From contig OX597827.1 of the NCBI GenBank assembly GCA_951406725.2, positions 83,824,001 to 83,888,000 on the forward strand: a stretch of 64,000 bases of DNA, given 5' to 3'. Under the pieces are notes generated by a model. The model saw only the letters and a program-made list of their open reading frames with translations. It was not told where the DNA came from and made no database searches. Shown in pieces: positions 1-12,659 of this stretch (positions are counted from its first letter, which is position 1; the number at the start of each line of letters is the position of its first letter). The stretch comes from Octopus vulgaris. Lineage: Eukaryota. A program made the translations under genes and the position numbers.

Positions 1-1106
1 ATACACTCACTTAGTATACATACAGTACATGACTTGTGTATATCTCCAGTAGTAGAAGGACCAAGAAGTTGGTGATAGCCCCAGGAGGGGATTGTTTAGC
101 TTGGTGTCAGTTCGTGTCACTGAAAGGGCAACGTGAATTAAGGTAAACAGTGGTACAACGAGAGGCGACCCACGCTGTGACACGGTATTGCAGACCTTTA
201 TCCAGAGATAACATCCAGAGTTGAAGAACTTCAGTTGTAGTCGTAGTGGTAGCCCTCTGTCCGGGGTTAACGAATGATGTGGCAGCGGTAACAAAGCAGT
301 CGCCCTCAGTCCAGGGACAATATATGCACTGTGGTGTGTATACACTCTGTTAGAAATGTGTATAGTCGTGGTAGTTGTGGTAGCCCTCTGCCCGCCGAGT
401 CTATAAACTGTGTTGTGTGTATACAATGTTAGAATAACAAGGAAATCCAAAGGATCACTTGTTGACAGTAAAGTAGGTGAAGGAGAGACTGATTGATGGT
501 TAGAATGGTTGCGGTGGTGGTGGTTGCAGTGGTGGTGGTTGCAGTGGTGGTGGTGGTAAGTAGTCTCCCCCCTCTTCTTTCGTGGATTTTCAAATTATCC
601 TTTCCCTTCTCCTAATCACTTCGTCTCCTCTTCACTCATCCTGTCAACTTACCCACCGCCACTACAATGCCACCGTCACCGTCACCGCCGCCACCACTTC
701 CAACCCCATCCGTATCGCCTCCCCCTAAACTAAACAGAGGTTAGGAAAAACTGGAATTTTCTCTTTAAATCAGTGGAAGGATCTAGAAAATGCGTGTGAG
801 AGGTGTGATGGTGGTGGTGGTGGTTGACTGTTTTAAAAGCGGGGGGAATTGATAGCAGTAGCACTGGTGGTGGTGGTGGTGGTGTTATATGTATAGCTGT
901 GTATCTGTGTGTGTGTGTGTGTGTATGTATGTGTGTGTGTGTTTGTGTACTTTAGGGGTTGGTTAAAGTTTAGACAGAAATCTTTGTCTTCCATGTCCGA
1001 AACAAACATCAAAGAGAAAGTGTGTGGCTGTGTATGTGTGTATGTTTTTGTGTAGATGTCTGTGTGCATTTTGAAGAGTTTAAATGTGTATAGACATATA
1101 TGTATG

Positions 1107-1154
<48 letters not shown>

Positions 1155-1374
1155 AGCAAAATAGCTAGTTGCAAAACCTCGAGATCAGACAACCAGCTCA
1201 AAACTGAATCAGTGTCTCGTTCCTGTTGTCTGCTAGAGGATGATAGGGGTTCGCTCCCACTACTAGCAACATCGTCATTGAGCATTGAGGTGTGCTAAAA
1301 ATAACAGCTAAATAAGTGTTTTTTATATAAATCTTTTAAATCAAGAAACATTTATTTACATGAAAGAAAATTAC

Positions 1375-1650
1375 CAGCGACACAACACGTGATGTTCACA
1401 AATATTGACAACACGTGCTATTTTCAGAAAGTTGACAAAATGTGCAGTCACGCACAAAATGACAACTTCCAAATCCTGTTTCCTGACTGGGTGAAAATGA
1501 TCAAATCTTGAACCTCTATAACTTTTTAAAAACATTTTTCTGAAGAAATGAAATAACTCCAGCAATTCAGTTTGGGAAAGTATATTATTGTGCCAAATTT
1601 TAAAATGTTGGTAAACTTTAATTTTTGGGGCCTCTTTCGAGTGACACAAC
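1375..1650. mobile_element. Probable non-autonomous DNA transposon (MITE) terminal fragment
   Basis: AT-rich segment with motifs I associate with MITE sub-termini (ataactttt, gccaaatttt, ggcctctttcgagtgacac). No partner TIR found. Confidence 0.3.
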
Positions 1651-1916
1651 CATCTTCATTGTATCAGAGAGAGGACTTCAGTCTTTGGTTGGTCGGTTGG
1701 TTGGTTGGTTGAATGTGTATGTCTGTGTGTGAGCGTAAATGTATGTATCATTATGTATACATATGTGCTTCCGCTTCCTCTTGGTTGATGAAGTGTCACG
1801 AGTGCTGGAAGTGAACCATGGATCGGAACAATAATCTGAGACGGCTTGGTGCTGGGTGTGGCATGAGTTCGATGATTCCCTCAAGTTTCTGGAGTTTATT
1901 CCAGGTTGTGCGAGCG

Positions 1917-1947
<31 letters not shown>

Positions 1948-3067
1948 AATTCTTATGTTCAGTCATAATAAAAACAATTTTACAATTAATCTGATGGGTT
2001 AATTTATCCTTTTGTAGAATACATACACTTAAACAAGTATGTTATTGACAGTGACTTCGAAGTTTTAGCCAGGTAAGCCATGTTCGGCTAATATATGTGT
2101 GTGCGTGTATGTATGTATGTACGTATGTATGTATATAATCGATACCACACACATTGTATGTGTTTTTGTTTATGCGTTCCTCAGTTGCGGAACGGAGCCA
2201 GGGGAAGTGTCCCTTTAAGGGGCAGGCTGTTGTATAAACAAGGAACACCTCAAAACAAGCAGGACAACTCGCCCCGAAAGTGATCGAGAACGGTAGATGC
2301 AAACCTAGAGATTATGACTGTTGTTTCTAGCATGTCCAGTGACCCACATCATCTTCTCCCAACTTTAATTGAAGCTATTTTAATTCAATATTCATCTGGT
2401 TTTAATAAACGACTGTAATTATTTAACTTTGCTGTTTTGTTCTAAGTTGTATCATATTTTTAAGAAAATTACCTTCAAAGAGTTATGTGTTTGAGTATCT
2501 AAATCGCTATCATTGAATAGAATCTAGTTTAATCCTATTTACGGATGGTTTGTGGTTTGTAATGGGGTGGATGCACCCCAGCATTGCCCTCCCCCCCCCC
2601 AGCTTCTACAGACTGCTGCTGCTGTTGCTGCTCGTTTGATTTAGTACAAAACAGCTTCAGGATGTCTACAAGTTGGTTCCATGGAGAAACCTTTTAGTGT
2701 TGGCGTTTAGAGAAGAAATTTAAGAAGATAATACACGCCTAACTAATGGTTAATAAACACACACACATATATAGACCCATACACATATTCACACAGGTAC
2801 ATATACACACACACACACATACGTGAGTTACGTACACACATGCACATACATCAAGCATACACACATACACGAACACACGTACAGATATTCATACATAAAC
2901 ATGTATAGACACGCACACATACATACCTATGCACTCGTACATACATATACAGACATACATGTTCATATATACATACCGGTACAATATATACACATACACA
3001 CACACTTATACACATACATATAAATGCATATATACACTCATACACAATATTCATTCAGTGTTTGACC

Positions 3068-3106
3068 ATCTCGATAATGGGGGTCGCATGACCTCGAAAC
3101 GTCAGC
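3068..3106 (+). ncRNA. Degenerate minimal hammerhead-like motif (Penelope pLTR type)
   Basis: ctcgataat-g-GGGGTC-gcat-GACCTC-GAAACGTC: stem II, GAAA and a palindromic ACGT stem III are present, but the CUGANGA box is corrupted. Confidence 0.35.
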
Positions 3107-3589
3107 ATAACGCATCTAGAAAAACTTATTTACAACAAACCAATTAACTTGAAACTCATTAACAGCAAATAAATTAATCGGAAGATAATAAATTACAAAT
3201 AAAAAAATGAAAAATAAGGAAAAAATAGTAAAGTTATTATTTTAAAATATTTTGTATTATATTCATTTTCTCCACCTCTACGCAAAGAGCTCTACAAAGT
3301 CTAACGACATCTGGCGTGTCAATAAGAGTTGAAATGTGAAAAGATATATCAATGTTCCTACATCGTGTCGTTCAAATTAGAGGAACATATACGTACATAC
3401 CCAAATACAGACGGTTTAATATTCTAGTTGCATATACGATCGTGTATGTCCACCTGATGAAAACGGCTTTTTTCCTTCGCATAATGTAATAACTCTATTC
3501 ATAAAAAAAACTCGTTTGGAACAGCTGTAGTGAATGAGCCAATTTCAATCTGTTGTTATTTGTTTTGTGTGTGAGTGTGTGTATTTCTT

Positions 3590-3784
3590 TGACTTGTTTT
3601 AGCCATTTGATTGCGACCATACTATAGCACCGGCTTTTGCCGAACAAATCACCCCAGGGCTTATGCTTTGTAAGTCTAGAACTTATTCTATCGGTGTTTT
3701 TGCTGAACCGCTAGATATGGGGACATAACACGCCAACATCGGTTATCAAGCGATGGAGGGGTGGACAAATACACACACACACAG

Positions 3785-3848
<64 letters not shown>

Positions 3849-3914
3849 CGGGTTTCTTTCAGTTTCCGTCTACCAGATCAACTCACAAGACTTTGGTCGG
3901 CCCGTGGCTATAGT
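3590..3914 (-). mobile_element. SINE family A (tRNA-derived, CORE-like), 5'-truncated
   Basis: Reverse-complement match to the body and tail of the copy at 14690-15095 (ttcagtttccgtctacca; cttattctatcggt). Contains an internal (CA)n/(TA)n tract. Confidence 0.8.
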
Positions 3915-3950
3915 GGTGTATTTATGTCCTTGCAACTTATTCTATTCCCC

Positions 3951-4065
3951 AATAGAATGAGTACTAGGCTTACAAAGAATAAGTCTTGGTGTCGATTTGT
4001 TCGACTAAAGGCGGTGAACCAGCATGGCCGCAGTCAAATGACTGAAACAAGTAAAAGAATATAAA
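3951..4065 (+). mobile_element. SINE family A 3' tail
   Basis: gtactaggcttacaaagaataagtc...ggcggtgaaccagcatggccgcagtcaaatgactgaaacaagtaaaag, shared with the 60060-60253 and 14690-15095 copies. Confidence 0.85.
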
Positions 4066-4082
4066 TAGTGTGAGTGTGTGTG

Positions 4083-4138
<56 letters not shown>

Positions 4139-4139
<1 letters not shown>

Positions 4140-4333
4140 TGTGCGAGTGGCACGTAAAAAGCACCCACTACACTCTCGGAGTGGTTGGCGTTAGGAAGGG
4201 CATCCAGCCGTAGAAACACTGCCAGATTTGACTGGGCCTGATGAAGCCTTCTGGCTTCACAGACCCCAGTAGAACCGTCCAACCCATGCTAGCATGGAAA
4301 ACGGACGCTAAACGATGATGATGATGATGATGA

Positions 4334-4336
<3 letters not shown>
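4139..4336 (+). mobile_element. RTE-clade LINE 3' terminal fragment ending in (GAT)n
   Basis: Matches the 3' UTR of the RTE element at 21351-22208 on the opposite strand (ctctcggagtggttggcgttaggaagggcatccag...catgctagcatggaaa...aaacgatgatg). Confidence 0.85.
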
Positions 4337-4400
<64 letters not shown>

Positions 4401-4477
4401 TATATTATTGAAAAGGTTGCAAGACGCAACGAAAATTTTAGGAAAATAAAAATAAGAAATAAGTGGAAATTTTACCG

Positions 4478-4600
4478 CTGAGTGTGTTAAATTATAAGGC
4501 ACGAAAAGAAAATTACTCTCCCGTGACACAACAGAATATGCTTCAACACACGAACTCACATAAATAATCTTGCAAACCAAATCCAAAAACGAAATATATA
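4478..4600 (+). repeat. Dispersed repeat, unclassified; inverted copy at about 10833-10955
   Basis: gcttcaacacacgaactcacataaataatcttgcaaaccaaatcc has its reverse complement at about 10848-10892. Confidence 0.75.
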
Positions 4601-5063
4601 TACATACATATACATATAGTGTATGTATAAATATATATATATGTTTTTATATATATATATATATATAGTGTATGTATGTGTGTGTGTGTGTATTTTCATA
4701 TCTCACCCCCACCCCACGAGTTAAGTGCCCTCCTACCCCCACCTTGTTCCTATCCGGCAGACGACCCAGTTAGGCAGTGTCAAGGCAGCAATAAATAAGA
4801 GACCATATGGTTATAAACTGTCTGTGACTAACACAACCACTGGTTACAATGAACTACTGACGCATTAGCACTGCCACTCATTACAATAAAACGCCGATGG
4901 ATTAACCCCTCTGATTGGTTACAAATGATTCATTGTCACTGTTAATAGGCCAATTGGTGAGAGATGGGGGGATGCCAGCGGCGCATTAACAACGCACTGG
5001 TTACATTGACGGGACATTAACAACCCACTGGTTACTTAAAAGAGATGTTAGCTTTAGGAATTT

Positions 5064-5140
<77 letters not shown>

Positions 5141-5156
5141 TATACAAACGTACATA

Positions 5157-6301
5157 GGATCTTTTCTAAAAGATGGACAAAATTTTCTACTTAACTAAAT
5201 AATTTGAAACTTCGTATACTGGTAGAATGTGTCAAAAGAAAACATTAATTTCAATTAGTTTTTTTGAGAAAAATGTATTATGTAACTTTTACGTAGTTTA
5301 ATTCTTCGAATTTTAACCAATCGTATTCTCTGTTTTGAGCTCAATTCATTTGCTGCCGTGTTATTCGTCCTGATCACTGTCTTCTGTCTTCAAAGGCTTC
5401 TCGCATGTTTATTTCAATGTCATCCCTGACTTACGGAACGATTACCTGTGTGTATGTGTTTTTGTTGTGTATGTATGTGCGTGCGTGTGTTTGTTGTGTG
5501 TGTGTGTGTTATTGTGGTGTATGTGTGTGCGTGTGTGCATTATTGTTGTGTATGTGTGTGCGTGTGTGTGTTTGTTGTGTGTGTGTGTGTATTTGTTGTG
5601 TATGTGTGTGTGTGTGTGTGTTTTTGTTGTGTATGTGTGCGTGTGTTGTGTATCTCTTAAATCGATGAATTTCGTCGCCCAATAAAAATATTAACGATAT
5701 TTTTTGAACTTTGATATCGTTAATGTTTTTATTGGGCGACGAAATTCATCGATTTAAGAGATACACAACACACGTACACATGCACAACAAAAACACACAC
5801 ACACACACATACACAACAAAAAGACACACACACATACACGCGCACATACACATACACAACAATAACACACACACACAACAAACACACACACACATACACA
5901 ACAATAACACACACACAACAAACAAACACACACACATACACAACAATAACACACACACACACAACAAACACACACACGCATACACATACACAACAAAAAC
6001 ACATACACACAGGTAATCGTTCCGTAAATCAGGGATGACATTGAAATAAACATGCGAGAAGCCTTTGAAGACAGAAGACAGTGATCAGGACGAATAACAC
6101 GGCAGCAAATGAATTGAGCTCAAAACAGAGAATACGATTGGTTAAAATTCGAAGAATTAAACTACGTAAAAGTTACAAAATACATTTTTCTCAAAAAAAC
6201 TAATTGAAATTAATGTTTTCTTTTGACACATTCTACCAGTATACGAAGTTTCAAATTATTTAGTTAAGTAGAAAATTCTGTCCATCTTTTAGAAAAGATC
6301 C
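5157..6301. mobile_element. About 1.15 kb fold-back element (long-TIR MITE-like palindrome)
   Basis: Arm 5157-5700 is the reverse complement of arm 5714-6301, with a 13-nt spacer (tttttgaactttg). The arms differ by a few substitutions and by length in an internal GT-rich minisatellite. Confidence 0.9.
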
Positions 6302-7456
6302 CAGAAAACTGCTTCCTCGCAGATAAAAGACTTTACAAAAACTTGCTATAACAACAGGCAAAGGAGTTCTCATGTTCCGCTTGTTACCATCAAAACAGAC
6401 ATGAATGTGTCTGGCTTACAATTGGCTAGAATTACCAAAAATTTCAAATTTTTAATTACTAATAACTCTTTATTTATTGATTTATAGCGGAATTATTTTC
6501 ACGCCATTAATTAGCCTATAAAAGTGTATCATTACACTGAATATGAAATCAATTCGAACAGAAAATTGACACCACTAAAGATCACTCCTGAGGTACACAC
6601 GGTTACCACTTCGGGTACTCAAAGATCGTTTAGTATCCCACATACTCGGGATTGAATATTGAGACTTAAAAATGGAACTTTTTCTTTACAAAGAAAGGAC
6701 TTGGGACAAAGAGAAGGGTTCGTCTCATAGTAACAACTACAGCACTGGCTTCAACAGGGGTGAGTGGCAGTAGTGGCGGTGGTGCTGGAGACGGTTGTGG
6801 TGTTGGTGTAGGACTGCTAATGACGGTTGTGGTGGTGGAAGAGGGACTGAAACTGTAGAAGCGGGGGTCATTAGTGTCAGATGGTGACCAATGTGAAGGG
6901 AGAGGCACAGAGATGGGGGATACGGTTTCTTAACAAACTGGATTGACACTAATGTCACTGTGCGAGGGTGTGTGTGTGATAACAGGGGGTTGTAATCTAG
7001 AGAGAGAGAGAAGGAGAAGGGAGATAAGAGTGGTGGTGGCTGTGGGAGACGTTTCAAAAGTATTTCACTTCTAATGAGATGTCTGTACACATTTACTATG
7101 CTTCACTGTGTCACCAGCTACACACACACACACACACATATATGTTTATATACATGCGTACATACATATATACGCACACACACACACATATATGTTTATA
7201 TACATGCGTACATACATATATATGCACACACACACATTTGTATGTGTGTGTAAATAGTGAACAAAGAGACATTAACATACTATTATTGTATCGACATTAA
7301 CAACTCTACCCCTTTACCTAACAAGACTCCTCCCCATCTGTACTCTCTAACCCTGACCTCTCTCCCCTCCACTTCCCTACAGTTATACACCTTACTGCAG
7401 TCACTCTTACCACGACCACCATCGAAAACATTGTAAACATCACACACCCAATATAT

Positions 7457-7850
7457 TCTTTTCTAGGCACAAAGCCCGAAATTTTGAGAGAGGGGGCCTG
7501 TCGATTAGATCAACCCAATACGGAACTAGTACTTAATTTATCGACCCCGAAACGATGAAAGGCAAAGCCGACCTTGGCGGAATTTGAACTCAGAACGTAA
7601 AGACCGACGAAATACCTGTTTCTTTATTACCCACAAGAGGCTAAACATAGAGGGGACAAACAAGGACAGACAGACGGATTAAGTCGATTATATCGATCCC
7701 AGTGCGTAACTGCTACTTAATTTATCGACCCCGAAACGATGAATGGCAAAGTCGACCTCGGCAGAATTTGAACTCAGAACGTAGCAACAGACGAAATACT
7801 GCTAAGCATTTCGCCCGGCGTGCTAACGATTCTGTCAGCTCGCCGCCTTA
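7457..7850 (-). mobile_element. SINE family B, two tandem or nested copies
   Basis: Minus-strand head aaggcggcgagctgacagaatcgttagcacgccgggcgaaatgcttagc and B-box-like gagttcaaattc. The domain tttatcgaccccgaaacgatgaa..gcaaag.cgacct occurs twice. Confidence 0.85.
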
Positions 7851-8079
7851 TCAATATTCAATATATAGAATCATCCATATATACATGCATGCAAACACAC
7901 ATGCATACATGCATTATTCCATGCATACATATATGCACAAATGCTTACATATCCATCCAGACACATATACATGCAAACATACTCATCCACACACACTCAC
8001 GACTCCACTGGTAATGTCGTCTTAAAAATTCCGGTTACAGACTGATTGTTTCTCTCGTTTGGTGCAGAAGATAAAAGAA

Positions 8080-9300
8080 ATTCGGGTAAGTCTAGAGGGT
8101 AGCAGGGAATAATACTGCATCAGACTTTGGAAGAAATGGAAATCAGAGCTGTGCCAGTGCTAGTACCAATATTTGGGGCACTAAACTGGACACAGTCCTA
8201 TATTATGTACATTATTTACATTTGACGGATATTGGTCCTCATCTTGTTTGTTGTTAACACAACGTTTCGGCTGATATACCCTCCAGCCTTCTTCAGGACA
8301 CTTGAAGAGATCTGCTAATTGGGCACCCGGATTAGGATGCTCCTAATCAATATTGGTGAGTTCCAAGTCAAAAGTGACATTGGCAGGATTCATGTCCACT
8401 GGAAAAATGGAGATCGAGGCATGGAATCCGTTAACATGTCCTTTGAGTGCCACATTGTGTTACTTGGACAACATCTACTGAACAGTAAAGGGCGACATGA
8501 GTACGTTACATGTGTACTCAACAGTGAAAACAATAACAATTTGAGATTAGGTGAAGAACTCCTTAATAGGTACTCCAGGTGTACAGTTGTTGCATGTGAC
8601 TTAAAGGTAGCTGGACTGTTCTACATGCTGAAAGTTGTATGTGGGTATATAGCCCTGAAGGTAGAGGTTATTAACAATGTTGACAGGAAGAGTAGCTTCT
8701 GCTGGTACTGTGATAGATACGTCCCATCCCATCAAGAAGGATACACCTTAGCTATCAGGACCAGAGGAAGCCATTAAATACCTGACTGAGAAGAGACAAG
8801 GGTGCCGTTAGATGTCCATGTTGTCATAGAAAATACTGATAGTGCAATAGCTGTGAGGAAGATATCACTCATATCGTTAGTAGCTGTGAAAAAGTGTCAT
8901 CTTCCCATGAGACATTATGACATTGTGACCGAAACTATTTAGAATACTGTTGCAGGAAGGATTGCTCTGATGGTAATATCCAAGGTACACCAGAACAGAA
9001 ATGTATCCACGTCTGTCAAGAACAAGGAATATTGGTGATTGCAAACACAACAGACCTGACAATTCTCTGAGAGAGGGAACTAAAGTCAGGCATTGCGGCC
9101 CGGATGAAACGATGCGGGCCACACCGATGGAAAAAAGACACAATGGAGTTGGGTGTGGGAAACATGAAGTATTCGGTATCAATTTGGGTCCAGAATATGT
9201 GAAGAGATCGAGTGAAGGTTATGAAGTGAAGACCCAATGTTGGTGAGAGGAATGGTTAGAGAAGGGAGTAGGGGTGCGTACCGCCAGCGCCAGCGCCACC
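8080..9300 (+). mobile_element. Highly degraded R4/Dong-clade (REL endonuclease) non-LTR retrotransposon
   Basis: Broken peptides RAVPVLVPIFGALNWT, GTRIRMLL..GEFQVKSDIGRIHVHWKNGDRGM, HQEGYTLAIR and DCKHNRPD resemble the R4 post-RT and REL regions. Many stops and frameshifts. Confidence 0.65.
8199..8297 (-). mobile_element. Penelope-type pLTR fragment with a minimal hammerhead motif, inserted in the R4 relic
   Basis: Minus strand reads CTGAAGA-A-GGCTG-gagggtatat-CAGCC-GAAACGTT (8261-8296). The fragment interrupts the R4 sequence right after ...LNWTQS. Confidence 0.65.
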
Positions 9301-9752
9301 ACCAACACCAGGATGTTTAAAGTAGTGTGGTGGTACTTGCAAGTGTGGAGGTGGCGAAGACGATGTGTTTGTTTAAATGAATGTCAATAGTGGAGGGGCT
9401 AAGTAATTAGGGTTGACACTGCGGTTGACAGGGAGCAGCACACACACACACACGCACACGGGCACACACGCACGCGCGCACACACACATACTCATACACC
9501 TATACGCATTATTCATACATACGTATTTACATATCTATTCTATGACTGTACATTATATGCATTCATACATACACACAAACACAACATTCATCTACGTATC
9601 TATCATTATCTATCTATATATGTACATATATACACAACACATATATGTATCTCCATATTTATTTATCACGCTGTACACTCCCTTAAACACACACACACAC
9701 ACACATGCATATACATATGTGTGTGTATATATATACATATGTTGTGTATATG

Positions 9753-9908
9753 GGCGCAGGAGTGGCTGTGTGGTAAGTAGGTTGCTTACCAATTACATGG
9801 TTCCGGGTTCAGTCCCACTTCGTGGCACCTTGGGCAAGTGTCTTCTACTATATCCTCGGGCCGACCAAAGCCTTGTGAGTGGGTTGGTAAACGGAAACTG
9901 AAAGAAGC
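9753..9908 (+). mobile_element. SINE family A 5' head
   Basis: A box tggctgtgtgg, B box ggttcagtcc, then CORE-like gcaccttgggcaagtgtctt. Confidence 0.88.
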
Positions 9909-10263
9909 AGCCATGCTTGAGCACCGCCTTTAGTCGAGCAAATCAACCCCAAGACTTATTCTTTGTAAGCTTAGTACTTATTCTATCGTGGTCTTTTGTC
10001 GAACCGCCAAGTTACGGGGGCGTAAACACACCAGCATCGCTTGTGAAGCGATGGTGGAGGCGGGGGACAAACACAGACATACAAACATATTTATATATAC
10101 ATATATACGACGGGCTTCTTTCAGTTTCCGTCTACCAAATCCACTCTCAAGGCTTTGGTCGGCCCGAGGCTACAGTAGAAGACACTTGCTCAAGGTGCCA
10201 CGCAGTGGGACTGAACCCGTAACCATGTGGTTGGTAAGCAAGCTACTTACCACACAGCCACTC
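9909..10263 (-). mobile_element. SINE family A, near full length
   Basis: Reverse complement of the head (gggactgaaccc...cttaccacacagccactc) and tail (gccatgcttgagcaccgcc). Confidence 0.88.
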
Positions 10264-10265
10264 AT

Positions 10266-10826
10266 ATTTTATCATTTTTATCATTTTATCATTTTATCTA
10301 GTTTCAGCTCACGAGCTGTGGCCATGCTGGGGCACCGCCATTCGGTTTTGCTACATGATTTTACTTCACGTATGCTTTTTAACAATTGACATTTGGTGCA
10401 TGAGAGAGTTTGATGCAGCTGCCCTCATCTGCACCTCCTGCCGTGAAGTTGGTTCATCTCGGACACCTGACAGGAAGAGATCCAGTTTTATTTTAAAGAC
10501 ATCTGCATCCACCTCATGCAGGTCTCTTAGGTCCTTCGGGAGGATATTGAAGAACTGTCGACCTCTGAAGCCCAGGCTATCACAGTATCTTGTCCTACAT
10601 CTTGATGGCAAATTTGGAGTCCTTGGCACTATGCAGTGGCGCCCAGTTCTAGTATTTGTGTAACTCTCGATGCCAAAGTTTGGGACAAGTCCTTCCAGGA
10701 TGTTCCAGATGTATATTATGGCATACCTTTCTCGCCTACGCTCCAAGGAATAGAGTCTTAATCTCTTGAGTCTTTCCCAGTAGCTTATATGCTGTACAGA
10801 GGCTATCTTCTTCGTGTAGCTTCGTT
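10266..10826 (-). mobile_element. CR1-clade LINE 3' end (ORF2 C-terminus and 3' UTR)
   Basis: ORF 10366..10920 encodes YWERLKRLRLYSLERRRERYAIIYIWNILEGLVPN...FKIKLDLFL, typical of a CR1 C-terminus. Ends in an (ATAAAATG)n tail. Confidence 0.88.
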
Positions 10827-11059
10827 GGATATATATATTTCGTTTCTGGATTTGGTTTGCAAGATTCTTTATGTGAGTTCGTGTGTTGAAGCATCTTTTA
10901 TTGTGTCTGGGGAGAGTCATTTTCTTTTGGTGCTTTATAATTTAACACACTCACTGGTGAATGCGTTAAATTATAACAGACACAACAGTACACACACACA
11001 CACACACACACACATGTACACATAAATATATATGTGTACACACACACGTACATATATGT

Positions 11060-11228
11060 ATGTGTGTATGTTTGTGTGCTTGTTTGTCCTCCACACCATC
11101 GCTTGACAGCCGATGTTGGTGTGTTTACGTCCACATAACTTAGCAGTTCGGCAAAAGAGCCCGATATAATAAATACTAGGCTTACAAAGAATAATTGCTG
11201 GGGTCGATGAATGAAACAAATAAAAGAA
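11060..11228 (+). mobile_element. SINE family A 3' half
   Basis: cgcttgacagccgatgttggtgtgtttacgtc...ggcaaaagag...tactaggcttacaaagaataa. Confidence 0.8.
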
Positions 11229-11263
11229 TGTGTATTTATGTATATCTACATCACTGTATCGAC

Positions 11264-11365
<102 letters not shown>

Positions 11366-12624
11366 GCGTGTGCGTGTGTACGGGGTTACACATCTATACA
11401 CACATCATGGAGTTTTCCTATTTGCAAACTTAACTTTCCACACGCGCGCACACGCACACAGATTGTGTGCACATGCATACACAAATGCACTGAACGGTTA
11501 TGTGAGTGGATGTGCATTTGTAATATTAAAATAAATATAGATTTATTCACACACACACACACACACATATGCTTACATGTATGTGTATATATATGTATAT
11601 TGTATGTGTAGGGAGGGCGGAGAGAGAGAAAAAGAGAGAGAGAGAGAAAAAGAGAGAGAGAGAGAGTCGTATACACATATATATAATCATATTTGCAGTA
11701 CATTGTTACATCAACACAAACTAATTAACCTACATTGTACTATATACACACGTGTATGTGTATATATAAGATGTAATCACTTTAATAGTATCTTCTTTAA
11801 TTAGTGGTTCATGTATAAAGTCACCGGCTCCTTATCTCCTACTCCCGCTCTCATTCTGCTCCTATAATTAATAGTCTCTATACTATAGAGCCCCTTTAAG
11901 GAGCAGCCCATATCTTGTATATTATTCCCTTTCAAATTGTGGTTTTTGTCTGACGTTGTTTGTCGAGGTTTTTACCTTCACACAGCGACGATATTCAACT
12001 ATCATCTGTCTGTCTGTCTGTCTATATCTGTTGACCACCCGCTGTAGATCAACACCTTAACTTTTCTGTCACTTCTTACACCCCCACTAAACCCCCGGAG
12101 TTAGAACGCTGGTCCTCCACACTAGAAAGAGAGAGAGAGAGAGAGTCCTTTCCAGTATCCAGGAAATGTGATTCTGTGTTCGTGTGTGTATTTGTGTGTG
12201 TGTGCGCGCGCGCGCGTATACATCAACATTGTTTCCCCATCCAGTTTTGCAGGCCTACCCCGCTCGCTGAGAGAGATTTCCTTCTTTTACATCTGGATGT
12301 CCTTCATGTCACCGATCCAGACTTGTTTCAAAGCAAGATATTTTCTATGGTTAGACATATTATTACGAAAGATTGGAAATGAACGACAACGCTAGCATGA
12401 CGGTGATGTTCATTTACAACTATGACGTGATATCAAGACAAGGGAACACACAAACACACACATATAAATATGTATCCTATTTATCAATAAACAATTAACG
12501 GCCGACCACGCCATAATACGCCTCCATTGTTACATACCAATAATATAAACCTTTTAATAACATAAAGTGGTTAGTGTATAAATTCACAGACAGACTCTCT
12601 CTCCCTCTCTCGCTTTCTCACGCA

Positions 12625-12659
<35 letters not shown>

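Noticed and set aside
1150-1516. Possible minus-strand exons (AG acceptor at 1295-1296, GTAATT donor at 1369-1374)
   Set aside because: Peptides are unrecognisable, there is no convincing partner splice site, and part overlaps a MITE-like sequence. Needs RNA-seq.
3451-3480. CTGATGA boxes at about 3454 and 28527
   Set aside because: No stem II-GAAA follows; not counted as hammerheads.
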